In this document: positions 10,143 through 19,657 of the stretch, piece by piece
Numbering within the stretch: position 1 is the first letter of the stretch
Layout: every line of letters starts with the position of its first letter
NCBI GenBank assembly: GCA_016192455.1
Contig: JACPUC010000007.1
Coordinates: forward strand, 132,720 to 196,719
From: Candidatus Tectimicrobiota bacterium
Lineage (GTDB): Bacteria > JACPUC01
Length of the DNA: 64,000 nt
Reading direction: 5' to 3'
Program-made: the position numbers and the translations under genes
Notes under the pieces: generated by a model
Databases searched by the model: none
Told to the model about the DNA's origin: nothing
What the model saw: only the letters and a program-made list of their open reading frames with translations

Positions 10143-12275
10143 ATGAGCCTCGCCTTCCTCAACCCCCTCTTCCTCTATGGCTTGGCAGCGGCGAGCCTGC
10201 CGTTGCTCATCCACCTCATCAATCGGCGGCGGGCCAAACCCCTGCGCTTCCCTGCCGTGCAGTTCGTTCTGCGCGCCAACCGGCGCATCGCCCGGCGCTA
10301 CAAGCTGCGCCAGCTCCTCCTCATGATCCTGCGGACGCTGGCGTTGCTGGTCCTGGCGGCGGTGATGGCGCGCCCCGTGCTCACGGAAGAGGGCGCCCTG
10401 CTGTCGGGCGGCGGCCCGCCGGTGGCCCTGGCGGTGATCCTCGATACCTCGATGAGCATGGGGTACCGCAGCGGCGCGGGCGACCGCCTCGACCACGCGC
10501 GCACCCTCCTCGACAGCTACCTCGCCCAGCTCCGCGGCGAGGACAGTGTCACCCTCATCCCCACCGCGCGCCTCGAGGCGACCGGCACGCGGCAGGCGCC
10601 GCAGCTCGTCCACGACGGCCGCGCGCTGCAGACCGCCGCCGCCGACCTGCGCCCAACCTTCGGGCGCGCCGACTTCCGCGGCAGCTTCATGGCCGCCTAC
10701 GAAGCGCTGGCCGCCTCGGCGGCGCCGCGCAAGCAGATTCTCCTTCTCACCGACCGGCAGCAGGCGGGTTGGGCGGAATTCGACGCCGCGAGCCTCGGCA
10801 AGGTTGACCCCAACGTCCTCATCCACATCCTCCGCCTGGGAGGCGCGCAAGCCGACGAGAACCGCACCGTCGAGCGGCTGGCCCTGCAGAGCAACGTGGT
10901 GGGGAGCGACATCCCGACGGTACTCGAAGCAACCCTCCTCAACACGAGTGGCACGCCGCACCGCCGCGTCTTGGCGCAGCTTCTCATCGATGGGGTGAAG
11001 GTGGACCAGCAGCTCGTCGATCTGCCGGCGGGTGGACGCCTGCCGGTGCGCTTCGAGGTCGCCTTCGAGAAGCCGGGGCGGCATGCGGGGGTGGTGCAGC
11101 TCAGCGCGGACAAGCTGCAGGCGGATGACGAGTACCACTTCAGCCTCGAGGTGAATGACCGGATCGCGGTGCTCGTGGTTGATGGTGATCCGCGCACGTC
11201 GCTGGTTTACAGCGAGACCTACTTCCTGTCGTACGCCTTGAACCCAGGCGCCGCGATGAGCCGTTCCCTCATCCGGCCGCGGGTCATCACCGCCTCGGAG
11301 CTGGAGGCCGCGGAGCTGGGGCGTTACCAGGTCATCGTGCTGGCGAACGTGCCGAGTCTCGGCGAGGAGCAGCGGCAGCGCCTTTTCCGTTACGTGCGGG
11401 ACGGCGGCAGCCTGATCTTCTTCCTCGGCACCCAGACCGAGGCCGCCGTGTACAACGACACGTTCTACGCCTCGACGACGCGCCTGCTGCCGGTGCCCCT
11501 CGTGGAGCGCAAGCAGGCCCCCAGCGGCCAACCGTGGCATATCAGCACGGTGGAGGCGGCGCACCCGGCGCTGCGACTCTTCCATGACAGCCTCGCCGGC
11601 TTGCTGCAGCGCGCCAGCTTCTACAGCTACATGCAGACCTCGTCACAGGCGCTGGCGGGGGGCGGCAAGGCCCTCCTCGCCCTGGATAACGGCGATCCCT
11701 ACTTGGTGGAAGGGCAGATCGGGGCGGGCAAGGTCCTGCTCTTCACCTCCAGCGCGGACCGGGATTGGAACGACTTCAGCACCAAGACAACCTACCTACC
11801 GCTCATGCAGAATCTCGTCCTCTACCTCTCGGGAGCCCAGGCCAATCGGCTGCAGGACAGCCTGGAGGTGGGCGACGCGAAGCAGATCATCGCCGAGGGA
11901 CGCTATGCCGGGTCCGAGGTGACGGTGACGGACCCGCGCGGCATGCCCCGCCTGCTGCGCCTGCAGCCGCAGGGGTCGCACGCCGAGGCCATCTTCGATG
12001 CCAATACGCTGCCGGGTATTTACCTGATCAGCGGCGCCGGCAAGCAGCAGAGCTACCAGGTGAACGTGCCCCTGGAGGAGTCCAATCTCACGGAGTTCCC
12101 GGCGGCGCGCTTGCGCGACAAGTTTCAGCATCTTCCCGTCACCATCTCGGACGTGCCGGAAGAGCAGCCTGAGGTGGCGGAGCCTGCCGCGCAGCGCTAC
12201 GACCTCTGGCCCTATTTCTTCGCCACCCTCTTCGGCCTCCTCGTGATGGAGACAATCGTGGCGGCGCGCTTCTGA
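10143..12275 (+). CDS. BatA-N (double TM) + vWA + Ig-like + GATase-like domain membrane protein
   Basis: AFLNPLFLYGLAAASLPLLIHLINRRR..LRFP (BatA N-terminus), ILDTSMSM MIDAS, LLTD, DWNDF..YLPL, C-terminal TM (LWPYFF..LLVMET). Confidence 0.88.
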   Translation: MSLAFLNPLFLYGLAAASLPLLIHLINRRRAKPLRFPAVQFVLRANRRIARRYKLRQLLLMILRTLALLVLAAVMARPVLTEEGALLSGGGPPVALAVILDTSMSMGYRSGAGDRLDHARTLLDSYLAQLRGEDSVTLIPTARLEATGTRQAPQLVHDGRALQTAAADLRPTFGRADFRGSFMAAYEALAASAAPRKQILLLTDRQQAGWAEFDAASLGKVDPNVLIHILRLGGAQADENRTVERLALQSNVVGSDIPTVLEATLLNTSGTPHRRVLAQLLIDGVKVDQQLVDLPAGGRLPVRFEVAFEKPGRHAGVVQLSADKLQADDEYHFSLEVNDRIAVLVVDGDPRTSLVYSETYFLSYALNPGAAMSRSLIRPRVITASELEAAELGRYQVIVLANVPSLGEEQRQRLFRYVRDGGSLIFFLGTQTEAAVYNDTFYASTTRLLPVPLVERKQAPSGQPWHISTVEAAHPALRLFHDSLAGLLQRASFYSYMQTSSQALAGGGKALLALDNGDPYLVEGQIGAGKVLLFTSSADRDWNDFSTKTTYLPLMQNLVLYLSGAQANRLQDSLEVGDAKQIIAEGRYAGSEVTVTDPRGMPRLLRLQPQGSHAEAIFDANTLPGIYLISGAGKQQSYQVNVPLEESNLTEFPAARLRDKFQHLPVTISDVPEEQPEVAEPAAQRYDLWPYFFATLFGLLVMETIVAARF

Positions 12276-12586
12276 GACACCGGCGTGGTGAGAGCGCCGC
12301 GGACCGTTCGGCTGGCAAGGGAGTGACGAGCGTGGCGCCCCCTGCGAGGCGTGCCGCGTCGCAGGCCGGGCGACCGTGGCGGCCCGCCGTTCGCGGTGGC
12401 GAAAGACAGGCGGAGCCGACGAGGCGATCACGAGAGGAGTGGTGCCAAGGTATGGAGCAAGTTCGGAGTTCGTTAACGAGTGGCAGGTCGGACCTTGCCC
12501 CCGGGGAGGGGGGATCGTTGCGCCCGGCGCGCTTTCCTGGGGCTCACGATGTGGGCTGGCACGAGGCGCTCGGCGACTCAGCCCGC

Positions 12587-13378
12587 ATGGATCGGCGCAC
12601 CTTTGGGCGTCGCCTCCTCCTGGCGACCGCAAGCCTCCTAGCCGGCGCTCTCGTCCCCTCTCCGCGGGGCGCTCGAGCCCAGCTCCAGCCCCAAGAGGGG
12701 TTCCAGCCCCGGCCTCGCGTCACCTTCGCGCAACTGCGCACTCGCGGGGCGGAATGGGATGCCCATCCTACCGCCTACGTGACCCTCATGGAGGAGGTGC
12801 GCCAGCGCACCAGCGTCGAGGCCGGCACGGATCGCAAGGTTCTCGACGTGCTCGACCCGCAGCTCTTCTCCTACCCCTTCCTCTACCTGAACGGCCGACA
12901 GGCGTTCAGCCCGTACACCGATGAGGAGGTGGAGGTGCTGCGCCGCTTCCTCTCCTTCGGGGGGTTCCTGTTCATCGACGATGCAGCCGGGTTCAACGGG
13001 GTGGGATTCGATCAGCGCGCGCGCGAACTGGTGGGGCGCATCTTCCCGCAACGCGACCTGCGCCGCTTGCGCTCCGACCATACGATCTTCCGTTCCTTCT
13101 ACCTGGTGCGGCGAGTCGGCGGGCGCCAGCTCATCAGCCCGTTCCTGGAGGGGGTGGACCTCGACGACCGCTCGCCGATCATCTACTGTCGCAACGATCT
13201 GGCGGGCGCCTGGGCGCGCGATTACCTGGGGAACTGGCTCTACCCCTGCGTTCCAGGCGGCGAGGCGCAGCGCTTCGACGCCCTGAAGCTGGGGGTCAAC
13301 ATGGTGCTCTACGCCCTCACCGTGAACTACAAGCAAGACAAAATCCACCTCCCCTTCTTGCGCCGGCGCATGGGCTAG
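12587..13378 (+). CDS. DUF4159-like protein with twin-arginine signal peptide
   Basis: MDRRTFGRRLLLA...GARA N-terminus; YPFLYLNG, RFLSFGGFLFIDD, HTIFRSFY, NDLAGAW, LGVNMVLYALT. Confidence 0.85.
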   Translation: MDRRTFGRRLLLATASLLAGALVPSPRGARAQLQPQEGFQPRPRVTFAQLRTRGAEWDAHPTAYVTLMEEVRQRTSVEAGTDRKVLDVLDPQLFSYPFLYLNGRQAFSPYTDEEVEVLRRFLSFGGFLFIDDAAGFNGVGFDQRARELVGRIFPQRDLRRLRSDHTIFRSFYLVRRVGGRQLISPFLEGVDLDDRSPIIYCRNDLAGAWARDYLGNWLYPCVPGGEAQRFDALKLGVNMVLYALTVNYKQDKIHLPFLRRRMG

Positions 13379-13394
13379 GCGGCAGGAGGCGTCC

Positions 13395-15770
13395 ATGCTC
13401 AATTGGCTCATCACCCCCGCGGAGGCCAGCTCTCACCTGGTGGTGCGCACGAGCTTGCTGCTGCGCGGCGGCGCGCCGCTCTGGCTGGCGGCGCTCCTCG
13501 GCCTCCTCGCCCTGGCGCTGGTCGTGTATGCCTGGCCCTCGCTGCGGCGGCGCGTGCACCGGCCCCTGGCGCTGGCGCTCTCCGCGATGCGCCTGCTGGC
13601 CCTGCTCTCCATCCTCTTCTTCCTCCTCAACCCGACCCTGCTGCGGCAGACCTTCCAGCGCATGCGTCCGCGCCTGCCGGTGTTGATCGACGTCTCGCGC
13701 AGCATGGAGATCAATGATGGGACCGAGGGACGGACGCGGCTCCAGGATGTCCAGCATTTCCTGCAGGACCCGTCCCTGCGTTTCTTTGAAGAACTGGCGC
13801 AGGACTTCGTCGTCGAGCCGCTGCAGTTCCATGAAGAGGTGGAGCCGTTGCCGAACGAGGGGCTTGGGCAGCTCGGCGTGCGGGGCAAACGCACCAACAT
13901 CCTGGGCGCCCTGGCTTCCGTGGATCGCCCCCGGGTCGGCAGCGAGCCGAGCCCTCGCGACACCGCGGCGACGAGCGGGCGCGAGGTGGCGGGGGTCGCG
14001 GCCGATGCGCCGCTTGCCGGCATCGTGGTGATCAGCGATGGAGCGCACAACGCCGGCGTGATGAACGAAGCGTTGCTGCGCGCCGTGCGGGCGCCCGTGG
14101 CGGCCATCGGCGTGGGAGATGCCGCCTCGTTCCGAGACATCCGCCTCGCCGACCTGAAAGCGCCGGGCTTCGGCTTCCTCCATCATCCCCTCAGCATCGA
14201 AGCGGAGATCGTGGTCGATGGATTCAGCGGCCTGAACCTGCCGGTGGTCCTGAAGCAGGAGGGGACGGTTCTGCAGACCAAGGTGGTCATCCCGCAAGCC
14301 GGCAAACGCAGCACCGCGGTGAGCTTCTCGTACACGCCCACCAGCCTTGGCGAGCGGCACTACTCCCTGTCGATCCCGGTGCAATCCGGCGAGCGCATCA
14401 AGGCCAACAACACCGTCACGTTCAAGATCAACGTGGTGCGCGACAAAATCCGGGTGCTGCTCGTCACCGGCACGCCGTCCTGGAACTACCGCTTTCTGCG
14501 TCGCACCCTGCGCGGCGATCCGACGATCGACCTCATCTCCTTCGTCATTCTGCGCACGCCGTTCGACCAGGTGAACGTACCCCAGGATGAGCTAAGCCTC
14601 ATCCCCTTCCCCACCGACCGGCTGTTCACCGAAGAGCTGCAGAACTTCGACATCATCATCTTCGACAACTTCTCGTACCGCTTCTACTTCCCGCTCCAGT
14701 ACCTGGAGAACGTGCGGAAATACGTGGAAGAGGGGGGCGCCTTCGTGATGTTCGGCGGCGATCGCTCGTTCTCAGCCGGCGGCTACGCGGGGACGCCGGT
14801 GGACGACCTGCTGCCGGTCACCCTGGAGCAGGTTGGCAGCAGCTACGAAGAGCAGCCGTTCAGGATGGAGCTCACCGAAGCGGGAAGGCTCCACCCCATC
14901 ACGCGCCTCGTCGATGACGAGGAGGAGAACGTCTCGATCTGGAGACAGATGCCGAAGCTGGAGGGGTACAACCTTGCCCTGCGCACGAAGCCGAATGCGA
15001 CGTTGCTGGGCGTGCAGCCCGGCAAGGCGAACCAGTACGGGCAGTTGCCGATCTTCGCCGTTACGAAGTACGGCAAGGGCCGCTCCCTGGCGCTGCTCTC
15101 CGATTTCTTCTGGCGCTGGAACTTTCAGATGATCGGCGAGCAGAAGAGCAATCGCCCCTACCTGAAGCTCATCCGCCAAATGATCCGCTGGCTGATCAAT
15201 GAACCGCAGTTCCGCCAGGTGCGCCTCTTCGCGGCGAAGGACGCCTATGAGCCCGGCGAGGAAGCGAACCTGAAGGCCTATGTGATGCGGGATGACGGCG
15301 GCCCGGCGGCGAACGCGGTGCTCGAGGTGGGGGTGACGGACCCGTCCGGCAGGGAGATCAGGGCGCCGTACAGCAGCAGCGAGCGCCCGGGTGAGTTCAA
15401 TGTGCCCCTGAAGCTGGCGGAGTTCGGCTTCTATCGGGTGCGGGCGCGCGCCATGGTGGATGGCAAGGAGGTGGGCGAGAACTCCCTCGTCGTGGCGGCG
15501 CAGACGCCCGACTGGGAGCTGCGGGACGCCGCCATGAACGAGGCCCTCCTGCAACGCCTGGCGCGGCAGACGGGCGGCATGTACCGGCCTCTGAAGAGTT
15601 TCGACCGCGGCGCCCTGCGCGAGCTGCGCCAGGCCCTGCGCACGCAGTTCCAGCCGAAGATCGTCGAGGAGAGCCGCTGGCGGTTGTGGCACAACGTCGT
15701 GACGCTCCTCGGTCTCGTCCTCCTCCTCGGCAGCGAGTGGTACATCCGGCGCCGCAACAGCCTGCTGTGA
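13395..15770 (+). CDS. Membrane protein with vWA and class I glutamine-amidotransferase-like domains
   Basis: N-terminal TMs (LR..ALL...LLNP), LIDVSRSM and VISDG vWA motifs, FVILRT..ELSLIPFP, GGAFVMFGG..SF..GGY, WRW, C-terminal TM ending EWYIRRR. Confidence 0.85.
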   Translation: MLNWLITPAEASSHLVVRTSLLLRGGAPLWLAALLGLLALALVVYAWPSLRRRVHRPLALALSAMRLLALLSILFFLLNPTLLRQTFQRMRPRLPVLIDVSRSMEINDGTEGRTRLQDVQHFLQDPSLRFFEELAQDFVVEPLQFHEEVEPLPNEGLGQLGVRGKRTNILGALASVDRPRVGSEPSPRDTAATSGREVAGVAADAPLAGIVVISDGAHNAGVMNEALLRAVRAPVAAIGVGDAASFRDIRLADLKAPGFGFLHHPLSIEAEIVVDGFSGLNLPVVLKQEGTVLQTKVVIPQAGKRSTAVSFSYTPTSLGERHYSLSIPVQSGERIKANNTVTFKINVVRDKIRVLLVTGTPSWNYRFLRRTLRGDPTIDLISFVILRTPFDQVNVPQDELSLIPFPTDRLFTEELQNFDIIIFDNFSYRFYFPLQYLENVRKYVEEGGAFVMFGGDRSFSAGGYAGTPVDDLLPVTLEQVGSSYEEQPFRMELTEAGRLHPITRLVDDEEENVSIWRQMPKLEGYNLALRTKPNATLLGVQPGKANQYGQLPIFAVTKYGKGRSLALLSDFFWRWNFQMIGEQKSNRPYLKLIRQMIRWLINEPQFRQVRLFAAKDAYEPGEEANLKAYVMRDDGGPAANAVLEVGVTDPSGREIRAPYSSSERPGEFNVPLKLAEFGFYRVRARAMVDGKEVGENSLVVAAQTPDWELRDAAMNEALLQRLARQTGGMYRPLKSFDRGALRELRQALRTQFQPKIVEESRWRLWHNVVTLLGLVLLLGSEWYIRRRNSLL

Positions 15771-16022
15771 TCCCGGCGTTCAGTATTTCGGAACAATTCT
15801 CCGCGGCGCGGGCTTGGCGCGCATTTCCCGCCGTGCCAGCGGCGCCGCTGCTCGTCATCTCAAGGCTCGCCAGTATCACCGCCCTACCGCCACGCGAGCG
15901 TCCAATCAATCCCGCGATCGGTAGAAAGCTCAGGGTGGATGGTGGGGAGCGGAGCCAAGGCTGGCATCACGTCGGCTGGAGGTGGGTGAGACGACTCCCT
16001 CGAGGCGCGCCTAGTCCGGCCC

Positions 16023-17882
16023 TCACACCTTCCCCGTCAACAGCTTCACCTGCGCCAGGATTTCCCGCACCTGGAATGGCTTGGCGAGAACGTGGTCGAT
16101 ACCGCTGGCGCGCACTTGGGCATCCTCGATCTGCACCCCCCAGCCGGTGATGAGCATGATCTTCGTGGCTGGCGCCTGGATCTTCACCTGCCGCGCCACA
16201 TCCCAGCCTGAGATGTCGGGAATGCCGAGATCGGTGATGACAACGCCGCAGGGGCTCTCCTGAAACGCGGCGAGGGCCGGGCGGCCGCGATCGAAGCTGA
16301 GGACGCGGTAGCCCTCCGCGGTGAGGAGATCGTGCAGGAAGTCGCGGATGCCGTCGTCGTCGTCGATGAGCATGATGTCGGAGCGCAACGCAACCTCGGC
16401 TTGCTGCGCTGGAGGCTGCATGATCTGGTCGGCGGCGCCCGGATGCTGATGGAAGACAATGTTGACGGTCGTGCCGACACCAGGCTTGGAGGTGAGGGAA
16501 ATCTCTCCGCCGTGGCGGTTGACGATGGAGTACGCCATGCTCAGCCCGAGGCCGGAGCCGCGGAGCTGCTTGGTGGTGAAGAACGGCTCAAAGACGCGCC
16601 AGAGGATATCCTCGTCGATGCCGATACCGTTGTCCCTCACCTGCACGTGGAGGTTCTCGGCGTCGGCGAAGGTGAGAATCGTGATCCGCCCCCCCTGGGG
16701 CAGGGCGTCCACGGCGTTGAAAATGAGGTTGGAGATGACCTCGCGCAGCTCCTCCACGTTGCCCCGCAAGGGCCGCAACGGCTGCGGCTCGAAGCGCAGG
16801 TCGATGCTGAGGCCGGCCGCCAGGGGCTCCTGTTTCCAGCGCTGCTCGGTGAGCTGAATCGCCTCTTCGATGAGGGCGTTGAGGTCCAGCTCCTCATGCA
16901 CGCGGTCGCGGCGCGTGCGCGTGAACTCCTGAATGCGCCGCACGGTCTTGGCGCCATCGAGGGTGAGCTTCTCGATGATTTCAAGCCCCTTGCGAAGCTG
17001 CGCCTCCTGCGTTTGCATGAGGAGCAACTGGGTGCGGCCGAGTATTCCCCCCAAGATATTATTGAAGTCGTGCGCCACACCGCCAGCCATTTCGCCCAGG
17101 GCGCGCATCTTCTCCGCCTGCACGAGTTGCTGCTCAAAGGCCTTGCGGGCGCTCACATCGCGCAGCACGGCGAGGTAGGCATGCTGCTCCTGGTGCTGGA
17201 AAGCCTTGAGATGCAGCTCAAACTCAGTGCGCCGGCCACTTCCGTCCTGCAGGGTTAATTGCAGGATGTCCTGATCTCTGCCGTCCTCCCTCCCCTGCCG
17301 CAGGAAGCGTTCCCAGATTTCCAGATGTTCCCGCGCCACCCAGGAGGAGAAGAGCTGCCCCCGCACGGTGTCCGGCGTTCCTCGCAGGGCCGTGAAAAAC
17401 GCCCCATTGGCGTAGGCGATGCGTTCGTTCTGGATGACGCAGATGGGATCGCCGATGGCTTCGGCAAGGGTGCGATAAACCGATACCTCACGAAGCTTTT
17501 CCTGGGAGCTGAGCGCCAGGTTCGCCGCCTCTCCAAAGAGGAAGGCCATAAGCTCCTGGTACCTGTCATCCTGCACACCGGCAATGCGGCCCCCACAGAG
17601 GTAGTGGCGTTGACCGTTCAGTTTCTTGCACCAGACGATGACGACGCGGAGTCGCAACGAGCTGGAGTGGGACGCTTCCGCGGGCTGGCTCGGCATCGCC
17701 GGGACCATGAGCTCAAGCTCAATCTCCTCCCCGACCTGGAGTCTCCTCCTGCTGCGGAACGAAATGCCAAAGAGGGACACATCCTCGAGCTGCCCCGCCC
17801 CATAACGTGACTGATACGACAAAGAGAGTCGCAAGCGGGGACATCTGCGTCGTTCCGACGGCAGAGTGATCTCGTCTTCCAT
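16023..17882 (-). CDS. Hybrid sensor histidine kinase: PilZ-PAS-HisKA-HATPase-receiver
   Basis: ERRRCPR and DVSLFG (PilZ), PAS-like segment, GVAHDFNN H-box, NLIFNAVDA, DNGIG, FEPFFTTK, GSGLGL, receiver IDDD...TD...KP; start MEDEITL at 17882. Confidence 0.92.
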   Translation of the reverse strand: MEDEITLPSERRRCPRLRLSLSYQSRYGAGQLEDVSLFGISFRSRRRLQVGEEIELELMVPAMPSQPAEASHSSSLRLRVVIVWCKKLNGQRHYLCGGRIAGVQDDRYQELMAFLFGEAANLALSSQEKLREVSVYRTLAEAIGDPICVIQNERIAYANGAFFTALRGTPDTVRGQLFSSWVAREHLEIWERFLRQGREDGRDQDILQLTLQDGSGRRTEFELHLKAFQHQEQHAYLAVLRDVSARKAFEQQLVQAEKMRALGEMAGGVAHDFNNILGGILGRTQLLLMQTQEAQLRKGLEIIEKLTLDGAKTVRRIQEFTRTRRDRVHEELDLNALIEEAIQLTEQRWKQEPLAAGLSIDLRFEPQPLRPLRGNVEELREVISNLIFNAVDALPQGGRITILTFADAENLHVQVRDNGIGIDEDILWRVFEPFFTTKQLRGSGLGLSMAYSIVNRHGGEISLTSKPGVGTTVNIVFHQHPGAADQIMQPPAQQAEVALRSDIMLIDDDDGIRDFLHDLLTAEGYRVLSFDRGRPALAAFQESPCGVVITDLGIPDISGWDVARQVKIQAPATKIMLITGWGVQIEDAQVRASGIDHVLAKPFQVREILAQVKLLTGKV

Positions 17883-18012
17883 GCTCGTTGTCCTGAAAGG
17901 AGATCGCCATGATGCGAAGCGGCTGGCTCCCCCGGCCCAGGAAGCCATGCCTCCATCGTACCAAACTCCTACCGCTGACCCTTCCCCCTACTATCCTTGT
18001 CCATACACTTTA

Positions 18013-18039
18013 GTATCGGCTTCCTGCACATGAACTTGA
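18013..18039 (-). promoter_or_regulatory. sigma28 (FliA/SigD)-type promoter upstream of the PilZ hybrid kinase
   Basis: Minus strand TCAA-N15-GCCGATAC versus consensus TAAA-N15-GCCGATAA. Confidence 0.65.
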
Positions 18040-18464
18040 CGACCGGAGCGAGAAAAACTAAGCCAATGAAGTTGAACAAGTACATTCATTATCCTTAACA
18101 ATCATGCCTTTACCCATATCACAACTCACTTGATACTGGGAGATGCGACGTTCAGCTCCATGATGATGCGGCAGTAACAGCGGCGCCCTTCAGCTTCCTT
18201 GAAGAGCGGTTGCCGAAGTCTTGCGTTGAGGTGCGTGGATGGGGAGAGCGGAGTGCATGGCGATGGGGAGATGGGGGTTCCACCTCACCCGGACTGCGGC
18301 CTGCCTCTGCCGGTTGGGGCTGCCCGCCGACGCGCCTGTCACCGGCGCGAGGCGCAACGGCATTGAATGCCTCGGCAGACACCATAGCCCGCAACCAGGA
18401 GAGATCTCCGAAGACGAGCATGGTTGCCTGTGCTGCGCCCCGATCGAGCTCGCCGAGCGCCGCC

Positions 18465-19055
18465 TTACCCTGCGGCTTTCTGCGCATTGCGCTGCGCTTT
18501 GGCAGCTTTTGCCGCGGCCACCTTGGCGGCGATATCAGCCTTCGCCGACTCGTCAAGACCGCCACCCGTGGCCTTTTGAGGCGCGGCTGCTGCCGGGGTG
18601 GGTTTCCCCTTCTCTTTCCTGGACTCGGCGGCTGCCAGCGTAGCAGGATCGACGCGCGGCAATGGGTTTGTTGACTGAATTGTCACCATCCACTTCGACA
18701 TGGCGCGTTCATGAATTTCCAGGGTGCTCTCCGTGAGCGACTGCACGAGCTGCTGCAGCTCCGGATAATCGCCAATGTGGTTCTGCATGCTGCGGAGCTG
18801 GCTCGTCTTGTAGTAGATCAAGCCCTCCAGCTTGAAGAGCCCAAGTTTCTCCAGGCGATCGAACCAGGCGAGGATCTCATCGCGGTGCGCGTCAAAGGAG
18901 ATGCGCACACGATCGGCAATGGCATCAGGGCAGCCTATGCAGATGGTAGGCTCCCGGAAGGCATGCGTGAGGAACCTGCGGGTGACGTCGGTCTCGCTGG
19001 CCTCCAGGACCTCCTGCGCCAACCGGGCGTAATCGACTGCGGTGGCGTTCCCCAT
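18465..19055 (-). CDS. Hypothetical protein with CxxC (CIGC) motif and Ala/Lys-rich tail
   Basis: Coding-like composition, GAGG before ATG 19055, own sigma70-like promoter. Confidence 0.75.
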   Translation of the reverse strand: MGNATAVDYARLAQEVLEASETDVTRRFLTHAFREPTICIGCPDAIADRVRISFDAHRDEILAWFDRLEKLGLFKLEGLIYYKTSQLRSMQNHIGDYPELQQLVQSLTESTLEIHERAMSKWMVTIQSTNPLPRVDPATLAAAESRKEKGKPTPAAAAPQKATGGGLDESAKADIAAKVAAAKAAKAQRNAQKAAG

Positions 19056-19176
19056 GGTCAGCCTCGTCCCTGTCGAATTGGATCCATGATGGAAGTAATC
19101 AACCGTGCGGAGGTTGAAGAGCTGTATGCGTCTGGGTTCGGTGCCACTAGAACGCCACTGCCCTCTTGGTGGAGAG

Positions 19177-19205
19177 AGTATAACCTGCTTCTTGCGGCGA
19201 AGCAA
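19177..19205 (-). promoter_or_regulatory. Putative sigma70 promoter of the CxxC hypothetical gene
   Basis: Minus strand TTGCTT-N17-TATACT. Confidence 0.5.
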
Positions 19206-19221
19206 ATCGAGACGCTGCCAG

Positions 19222-19499
19222 GGGTACTGTCAAGAGTTTTGTGTGAAAGAGCGTTTGCGAGGGCGGTGCTCCCACTGGGTGTTGAGATGGTGCGGGACGC
19301 GGTAGCTGATGCGCTCCAGGGAGTCCTTGTTGGTGAAGCCTCCCATCGCGCGGCTGCGGCGGCGCGCCTCGCGGCAACAGCGCTCGGTAGGGTTGTTGGT
19401 CCGGAGCGTCGGCCGCAAGGCGGGCGGCCGACGGAAGTGCGCCGGCAGTTCCCCACGGGCCTTCGGCCCACCCGCAAGGTGATGAAAATAAGCGGACAC
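19222..19499 (-). mobile_element. IS256-family remnant: degenerate transposase C-terminus plus one terminal inverted repeat
   Basis: Translation ..LRTNNPTERCCREARRRSRAMGGFTNKDSLERISY..FTQNS* resembles the IS256 C-terminal TTN.IER...E.RRR...G.F.N signature; end sequence GGGTACTGTCAAGAGTTTTGTGTGAA is IS256-IR-like; the rest of the transposase is absent. Confidence 0.75.
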
Positions 19500-19531
19500 T
19501 TCTTTCTCGGCAGCCTTTCATCCCATCGACC

Positions 19532-19559
19532 GTAGGGGCGGTTCGCGAACCGCCCCTAC
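19532..19559. repeat. GTAG-type REP palindrome
   Basis: Perfect 28-bp palindrome GTAGGGGCGGTTCGCGAACCGCCCCTAC. Confidence 0.75.
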
Positions 19560-19571
19560 CATCGGCATGCT

Positions 19572-19637
19572 AGGAACCACAGATGAACACTGATGGACAC
19601 TGATATTTGTGTGAACCCGTGTCCATCAGTGGTTCCT
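19572..19637. repeat. Imperfect inverted repeat built from 10-nt tandem units
   Basis: AGGAACCACAGATGAACACTGATGGACACTGAT ... ATTTGTGTGAACCCGTGTCCATCAGTGGTTCCT. Confidence 0.7.
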
Positions 19638-19657
19638 TCCCCTACCTTCTAATCGCC

